The position numbers were made by a program, and so were the translations under genes. From positions 315,022,001-315,086,000 of the forward strand of contig OZ024740.1 of the NCBI GenBank assembly GCA_964016885.1: a stretch of DNA of 64,000 nt, written 5' to 3'. This stretch comes from Eledone cirrhosa. Lineage: Eukaryota. Numbering within the stretch: the first letter of the stretch is position 1; each line of letters begins with the position of its first letter. The notes below the pieces were generated by a model. It had not been told where the DNA came from, searched no databases, and was given only the letters and a program-made list of their open reading frames with translations. Shown here in pieces: positions 55,859 to 64,000 of this stretch.

Positions 55859-56246
55859 AAGTTGGTATGTATATATTGAACCTTTAGGTTATTTTACTCG
55901 GAATCTACCCTTCGGTGACTCTGTATAACTTATATGTCGAAACGGCCGGAGCTCAGCCGCCAGGGTCTTCAATCTTTTCATATTACCCATTCTGCTACTC
56001 CAAGAATCGATTACTCTGGTGGGTTATGGTCGACCTGTTATTTTACCACACCCTTACCGAAAAGGTAAAAATGTTTCCTGCATTTTTTATTAATTCTGAT
56101 GGAACCATTCATTTGTTCACATAATTAATTAACTAATAATTAATTATATATCTATGTGATGGAAGAAGCGTGCATTAATTAGATTATAATATAATTAACA
56201 GTCATATAATTAACATTTTTCAATGTTATATATATATATATATATA

Positions 56247-56737
56247 CTAGCCGAATTACCCGCGCCTTGCTGTGTTTCACACATTTTTTTTGTAAGAAAA
56301 TGATGATTGACTTTAAATCAGTGATATAATTTATGGAGAAAAACTCTGCATTTCAATATTACTTAATGTAAAATGTAATGCATGAAAAATTGGAAAACAT
56401 TATTTATTTTTTGTAATATATCAAATCAAAATTGCATTATTAAATCTTATTCTTATTTTGTTTCTTGTAAATAATTTTTTTCAAAATATCAATTCAAAAC
56501 TTTTGTGCATAGGCATCATATCTTGTCATTTACCTTAAATTTCATATAAATCGAAGGGAAAAAATTTTCAGCGGGGGTTTGTGGCCCCGGAGAACCCTTT
56601 GATTGAAATGAAATATACTTACCCAATGGAGTTTCAGAATAAATCTGATTATGGGGGTCTATCTCCAAAACCATACGAGGAGTTCCTGAACAAACAAACA
56701 AACAAACAGACAGGAACTACAACTTTATATATATAGA
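56247..56737 (-). mobile_element. Non-autonomous Helitron
   Basis: 5' TCTATATATATAAAGTTG plus (GTTT)n; 3' gcaaggcgcgggtaattcggCTAG. Confidence 0.75.
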
Positions 56738-56811
56738 TATATATATGTCTCTGTGAATATATGAGAACCGTTCTTTTCCCTACTGTTGAATAGACTTATG
56801 TACTTATATAG

Positions 56812-56922
<111 letters not shown>

Positions 56923-57085
56923 AAGATATAAGTTATTCCGGGTTGAATCGGAGGTAACCACAGTAAGTAAGGTACTCAATACATATAAATGTTTTAATAT
57001 ATGTGGACAGTCAGCTTTCTGATGATTTCTCACGAATGAAACAGTTCTAGTCCTGTAGAAGCACTTCTATATTAATATATATTTA

Positions 57086-57720
57086 TATAAGTATGTACAC
57101 GTACATACATATATGTATACAGACGTACAGTAGTATGTATATATATATACATACATGCACACATATATATATGTACGTATGGATTCACCGAACATTTATT
57201 ATAATGCTCGGTGTGTTTGTAAACAAACATCCCGTATTAAGCCGTAGCGTCCAGCAACCATCGTTGCTCGTTTGTTCAACACTGACAAAGGAACGCTGTA
57301 CTAGTTTCAAGCTTATTAGCTATCGTCAGCAACGTATACCGTCCTGCCAGATTGTTGAACGTATATACTGTACGTCTGTATACATATATGTATGTACGTG
57401 TACATACTTATATTTAAGACGATATCTAATAAGCTTGAAACTAGTACAGCGTTCCTTTGTCAGTGTTGAACAAACGAACAACGATGGTTGCTGGACACTA
57501 CGGCTTAATACGGGATGTTTGTTTACAAACACACCGAGCATTATAATAAATGTTCGGTGAATCCATACGTACATATATGTATATGTGTGCATGTATGTAT
57601 ATATATATACATACTACTGTACGTCTGTATACATATATGTATGTACGTGTACATACTTATATTTAAGTAACAGCCGTACTAAGAGTGGGAAATGAAATTT
57701 CGTTTCATTTTTTCCGTTTA
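57086..57720. mobile_element. Second fold-back locus of the ~400-bp HHR family
   Basis: Minus copy 57086-57364, plus fragment 57366-57417, and plus copy 57418-57720 ending at (TA)n. Confidence 0.8.
57294..57334 (-). ncRNA. Intact minimal hammerhead ribozyme
   Basis: CGTTG-CTGACGA-T-AGCT AATA AGCT-T-GAAAC TA GTA-CAGCG. Confidence 0.8.
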
Positions 57721-57803
<83 letters not shown>

Positions 57804-58254
57804 GTATATAAGTATATAAGTACATAAGTCTATTCACCAGTAGGGCAAAGAAAGGTACTCACATATATTCATGGAGACACATTAATATTTATATATTTAT
57901 GTGTTGTTTATTTGTTGGCATGTATACAATAAGAAGACTGTATCTTGTAGCTCAGACACTGTTTGTATATCTTTCGATGTATCCATTTGTCTGTCTGTTT
58001 ATGAATATCTATTACTTTTACTGTTTATATATTAATCTACTCATGTATACACCCGTATGTATGCATGTATGTATGTATGTATGTATGTATGTATGTATGT
58101 ATGTATGTATGTATGTATGTATGTATGTATGTATGTATGTATGTATGTATGTATGTATGTATGTATGTAGGAATGTATGTAGGAATGTATCTATGTATGT
58201 ATATATACATACATGCGTACATACATTTCTACATACATATTATGTCGGGTTACT

Positions 58255-58432
58255 CTTGAGCGTTACTGGTAACATGTAACCCTGTACAACCTGTCGCATG
58301 GTCGAGTCGTCGGCAACTAAACCGGCAACCCCACCAAGTTTACTTGGTGTGGAGGGTGATTTTGGACACCCTGCAGGACAAAACCTGACAAGGGTTGAAG
58401 AACTTATAAGAGTCATCGGCCATCCCAAAATG
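58255..58432 (+). mobile_element. Dispersed repeat homologous to 6714-6900
   Basis: gtacaacctgtcgcatggtcgagtcgtcggcaactaaaccggcaacccc. Confidence 0.55.
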
Positions 58433-58437
58433 TGTAA

Positions 58438-58500
<63 letters not shown>

Positions 58501-58502
<2 letters not shown>

Positions 58503-59046
58503 ATAACAATAAATCATTAATGGTAATCCGATAAGTCTGTGAAAACTACTTATTATGGACAGTTTAAGCGTACGGTGCTGTATGACTCAACAAGAGGTTT
58601 ACGCGGGTAACGAGTTTATGACTTCACTTGTATTCCTATGTAAATATATCTTGGAGTAATAAAAAAAGTGAAGAATAACATGGTCAACAGTACAAAGTAG
58701 GAGATTTATTTACAGTCTAACAATTGTTTCCACGATAGAGTTGTCTAGAAATGGCTAAACACTGAAGACAGCATAATTCAATTTAAAATGCATGTAACCT
58801 CCATCATTTCATCAGAAACTCATAAGAAATACAAAATACATGCGTAACGGTAAACTTAAAAATTCACGCATGTATTTTGTATTTCTTATCAGTATCTGAT
58901 GAAATGATGAAGGTTACATGTATTTTAAATTGAATTATGATGTCTTAAGTGTTTAGCAATTTCTAGACAACTCTATAATGGAAACAATTGTTAGACTGTA
59001 AATAAATCTCCTTGTTTGTACTGTTGACCATGTTATTCTTCACTTT
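58501..59046 (-). mobile_element. Fold-back HHR element (181-bp arms 58665-58845 / 58866-59046, plus 3' extension 58501-58664)
   Basis: HHR in each arm (58713-58820 on -, 58890-58998 on +); the extension is homologous to 54290-54428; (TA)n on both sides. Confidence 0.8.
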
Positions 59047-59126
59047 ATATATATATATATATATATGCATGCATATATGCATGTATATATATATATATAT
59101 ATTTGTATGCATGCGTATATATGTAT

Positions 59127-59190
<64 letters not shown>

Positions 59191-60317
59191 GTATATGTGT
59201 GGGGGCTGAGAAATAATCGGGCTGGATACCCGATCGCGCGATTAAACCACTGGGAGTGAAAGACCCCTAGCCTTTGACAGGGCATTGTTCTATGAGGGAG
59301 CAACTCAGGAAACTGGGATAACTCTGACATAAAACCTGCGGCTCAGTAGTTACCGATCATGTTGATCTTTTCTTATTTTCAGGTTATAGTTACTGTCGCG
59401 CAGAGAGTGGAATTGGCTCAGTGCACAGTCTTTCTCACTTAAAAAAAAATCTTCACGCACAAGCATTGCACGATAGCCTTAATCGATAATTATTAATAAT
59501 GTTATATCGTGAAATGGCCATACTCGATAACGAGGGGGCAGCCATTATATATATATTAATCTCCCGGACCTAGCAATTAATTAGTTAATTCTATTAGACA
59601 ATTCTACTGACGGATTAATTGCTTAAGTTTATTTAAAAACAACCCGGTCGAGAGCTTAATTCGATTTGAGCAGTTTTTTGCAATTCTTGCAATAATTTTA
59701 CACATTCTGAATCCATCCGTCAAAATCGGAGTTCCTCCCTTGCAGGGAAAACACGTTGGGTAATCACTCCAACACTACTAGTGCTAGGTACCCGCTCGCC
59801 GGCTGAGAACAAAATACCTGTTGACGAAATGGCAGCCTTGTTCGATCGTTATGCCAAAAGCTTACAATAAAAGCAGGTAGTATAATTGATTTAGGTGTCA
59901 CAGAAACCTTCCACTGGATTATGCCATCAATTTCCAGGAGGTCCAGGTAAATTCTTTTGTTTAACCTGTTTAGCTTGCTTCGTTTTTTCGGCTCCGATGG
60001 CTGTTAGCTTAATGACCGCCGTTTTCAGTTTGTTTGGCCTCTATAACCTATGTTTATTGTTCTGGTTTTCTTTTAGTCCATTGAGCGCTTATAGTTAAGG
60101 TGCAAATTAATTGCATCCATAGGGGGTATGCCGAATGAGCACTCGGTGCTCTTGGGGAGCAGAGTATCAATAGTATTAATATATAAGGGAACAAAGAATC
60201 AGTGTTGCATCATATATATATATTTCATTACATATTACATGTTTCACTGTCGATCAGCTCGAGTCTATATGTTAAAACATATCTGAGGAGCTTCCGATTC
60301 CAGTGTCAGGTTCGATC

Positions 60318-60445
<128 letters not shown>

Positions 60446-60490
60446 TGAAGAATAACATGTTTGACAGTACAAACAAGGAAATTTATTTAA

Positions 60491-60597
60491 AGTCTTACAA
60501 TTGTTTCCATGATAGAATTGTCTATAAATTGCTAAATACTGGAGACAGTATAACTCAATTTACAATACATCCAAGTTTAATCATTTCATCAGAGACT
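60491..60597 (-). ncRNA. Type I hammerhead ribozyme with a long stem II loop
   Basis: AGTCT-CTGATGA-A-ATGAT...ATCAT-G-GAAAC AATT GTA-AGACT; third copy of the 58.7-kb family (60441-60640). Confidence 0.75.
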
Positions 60598-61590
60598 ATT
60601 AAGAAATATAAAATATATGCGTAACGGTAAACTTAAAAGTTCAAATTACTACATCAATAATAGTATTAATGATAAATAAATAAAGGAAGGGGGACAGATG
60701 GAAATGAGAGAGAAAGAAAGAAAATTACGAAAGAAGGAACGAAGATATAGTTAAATGTATAACCGGCAAAAATTACGAAATCAAACTATCACATCAAAAC
60801 AAATATAATTTTAATAATAATATAATAAAGATATATATAGAAAGAGAGAAGGGGAGGGAATATAGCATAGGCAAAGAGGAAGGATAAGTAAGGAAGATGA
60901 GAAAGAAATAGAGGAAGATTAAGAGGGAGCAGAGGAGGATAGAAATTAATCATGAATATGGGGATATGAAGAAGAGAGAAAAGAAAATAAACATACAGAC
61001 GAATATACATTACTATGTAAAATAGCTAGTTTGAGATGTATTATATTATAGGATAAAATTATCGAGATAAAGTATGTTTAAGTGGAGAAATACAAAGACA
61101 AATGGTGAAAGGTGTATATATATAAGATAATAAATGATGTAAATACAAATAAAAATAAAAATAATGATGTTAATACAAATGTTTTTAAGTTATTCTTATA
61201 TACATATATACATATATATGTATATATAATTATTGAATAAAACGACAGGAGGCCGGAAAGTTGAAATTCAATTAAAGTTTTTATTCTGCAGGCACTCTAT
61301 ATATTTCAATGACCAGTAAGATTCCAGTGACAGCATTAGGTGCATTGCATAACAGTTATAAAGAAAACATGGTGAACACAGGTTGTGTACACGGAGACAA
61401 AAATAAAGATAAAAATACTTGATCTGGGGGCAGCCATTAGACTTACTGTCTCCGAATTCGGGGGCAGTATGTCTAATGAGGGGGAGAATGAAAGTGTGGG
61501 GTAGTAGAAAAATTGAGAGAGGTTAATAAAGGGGATAATGAAAGGCAGGGGTTATAGGGAATTTGGAGAGGCCATGGGAATTTTAGAGGT

Positions 61591-62050
61591 CAAAAAATCA
61601 ATTTTTTATTCACATGACCTCTACCGACCAATCAAAATTGTTTTGACCACAAGAATTTTTGCAAACACCAAGTAGCGCTGGAGCCACTTTTTTAACATAA
61701 AAACAGTCTTGGCGCAAAATCAATTTTTTACATTCACATGACCTCTACCGACCAATCAAAATTGTTTTGACCACAAGAATTTTTGCAACACCAAAGTAGC
61801 GCTGGAGCCACTTTGTTAAGATAAAAACAGGTAGAATTCCCAAAACTAATCAGATCAGAGCAAACAACACGGACACTCTATCTCAAAATTATTTTTGAAA
61901 AGCATTTAGAAATGCGCAACCGGTAAAAACTTAAAAACTTAAAACCACAACTGAATACTAACCCATACAATTACTAATACTCTTTTATTCCTAATTAAAC
62001 CATTTTTCAACTGTGAACAATTTGTCAGCATTTTCTATTCCGTTTACCAA
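61591..62050 (+). mobile_element. Penelope-like terminal repeat with partial tandem duplication
   Basis: 61709-62050 is the reverse complement of 50929-51277; 61591-61706 duplicates its first ~115 bp. Confidence 0.7.
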
Positions 62051-62085
62051 TATATAATAACTTGTGTGTTACACCTCTATTCTTT

Positions 62086-62136
<51 letters not shown>

Positions 62137-62173
62137 CATACATACATGCATGGATGGATACATACATACCTAT

Positions 62174-62236
<63 letters not shown>

Positions 62237-62259
62237 CATGCATACCTACAATACATACA

Positions 62260-64000
62260 TAGACAGTCAACGCGATCAGTCGCATATTTGGGCGTGGGAG
62301 ACTATTTATTAAATTTAAGATGAATACTATCTCCGACAGTAATGCCACAACTACAGTCAGGTTGAATAACTGGTTATTCTTCTAACTATCCCTTTTGAAG
62401 ACACCTTTTATTCGAATTCGTAGAGATATCCGACTAAATACATAATTCATTTTACAAGGATTTGCTACAAACAGCATGGCTGAACACAACATCAACAAAA
62501 AAATTAAGGAAGTACCGAAGACAAATAACAAAGAAGGTAATCAAACTTTATTTAGTTGTAGCTACAGAAGAAACCGAAATTATAAATTGCATTTCTCTTG
62601 GAGTTGCGAACTTAATAATGATTTATTTAATTGTTATAAAATGGCAAAAAACAATCCCCCCATTGGCTATATGAATAGAATGAAGCTACATTGGGACGAA
62701 ATGCACCCAGAGCTAAATTATTTCAGAGCGAAACAATTACGCCAACAAGCGACGTGTGTTGAACGTAAAAATAAGATAAATATTATTTGTAAGACCCCCA
62801 CAACAAACAGGTTATCAACAACACGTGCTACAGGTCGCCATGCTACTAGACTTCCTAGCAGCCAGGTCGAACAGCGTCTTGAAACAACTATGCTTGTAAG
62901 AATGTAAGAAACTTGACACCACCTGTACCATGTAAGTCTACCTCGAATGCTGGGGAAAACACTATCGATAATAATAATAATCGAAGAAATTTGACACCAC
63001 GTGTACCATCCGAGTCTACCTCGACTATTGTGGAAAATACTATCGATAATGATAATCAAAAGTATAAACAATTGAAAATTTCCCGCAATGAAATCTTCCA
63101 GAGAGAAATTAACTCATGTATAAATATCTCTCTTGCTGAACGTGTTAAAACAACACTGTTGAATAAAAAACCAAATAATGAAATATTATGTGTTATTGAC
63201 GAAATAGGGGATGAATATTTACGACGGATAAAAACCCCAACATTTTGGCAAATCAACGCCGGTTTATATGCCTTAGCAATGACAATGAAGCATTATGTTG
63301 GTGATAGCAGAGATATTAACAAGAACAAAACACCACCAAAAATACCATCATATATAACTAAAATAGAAAAAAGATTGCTGACCTACGAAAAAACATAGGA
63401 TATGTGACAATGCTCCTTACATGCAAACAAACACAAAAAAACCTCACTCCTCACCAACAAAGAGTGATAAATAAAATAGAGACGATGTTTGGTAACTAGA
63501 ACCAGAACTCTCCAATATAAGCTGATCACCCTCAAACAAGAATTGAGAGCTGTTAGCGAAAAACGCCGAAATCTGAAGAAGGTAGATGAAAGAAAAGTGC
63601 TTAATAAAAGATTCAGACGAAACCAAACATCAGTCTATAGAGATTTGAAGGGCAAAATAATAAGTGTCACTGAGGCCCCATCCCAGAAAGACATAGATTC
63701 CTTTTGGAGCAAAATATGGGGTGAAAAGAAGAATTTAAACCAAGATGCAGTGTAGCTAAGAGAAATCCGAAAGAACTATTGCTCCTACACTACAACAAAA
63801 ACATACGAAATAAGTGAGGGTACACTTGAGACTGTAATAGGAAAACTCCAAGATAAGGAAACACCAGGAAGAGACATGGTTGTCGGCTACTGGTACAAAA
63901 AACTGATATTCTATCGGAGGTATCTTACTGACCTCTACCAACAAGTTCTTAAGGGAGATACACTTATACCAGAATGGTTGACATTAGCACAAACATTACT
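62260..64000 (+). pseudogene. R4/Dong-clade non-LTR retrotransposon, 5' half, disrupted ORF running off the window
   Basis: N-terminal W..ELNNDLFNCY...GYMNRMKLHWDEMHPE; LKQELRA...LNKRF...VYRDL...P....DSFWSKIW; start of RT KETPGRDMVVGYWYKKL...IPEWLT. Stops and frameshifts present, plus a 78-bp internal tandem repeat at 62913/62991. Confidence 0.8.

Noticed and set aside
57012-57055. CTGATGA-TTTC TCAC GAAT-GAAAC hammerhead-like core
   Set aside because: No stem I partner follows any plausible NUH triplet.
58255-58330. Possible HDV-like ribozyme in the RTE-related repeat (gggttac...gtaaccc)
   Set aside because: I could not assign the P1/P1.1/P2/P3 pseudoknot order by eye; a descriptor search is needed.
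59285-59750. HHR-like relics ctatgagggagcaactcaggaaac (+) and ctgcaagggaggaactccgatt (-)
   Set aside because: Catalytic core nucleotides are missing; at best these are decayed relatives.
62476-64000. Intact host gene or active LINE ORF
   Set aside because: It is split by stops and frameshifts into at least four pieces, and the motifs are R4-clade retrotransposon.

Overview
This is AT-rich, microsatellite-dense animal DNA, most likely octopus (inferred from the SINE families and the (TA)n/(CA)n/(ATGT)n load). I found no host protein-coding exon that I can support. Nearly all ORFs in the track are translated microsatellites or decayed retrotransposons. The window is a transposon graveyard. It holds Nin/Deu-domain and CORE-type tRNA-SINEs, fragments of RTE, CRE, Tx1/L1 and R4/Dong LINEs (including a disrupted R4-type 5' half at 62.3-64 kb), three full-length non-autonomous Helitrons, mariner/Tigger/hAT MITEs, and a Penelope-like GIY-YIG C-terminus. 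The most striking signal is about 15 minimal type I hammerhead ribozyme (HHR) motifs, roughly 8 of them well formed, from at least 7 sequence families. Most lie between 49 and 61 kb, in non-coding elements that abut (TA)n tracts and are often arranged as long fold-back inverted repeats. One family is a ~380-420 bp tandem unit with one HHR per monomer, resembling a retrozyme or circular-RNA element. Coordinates were counted by eye; ends of degenerate elements are approximate.
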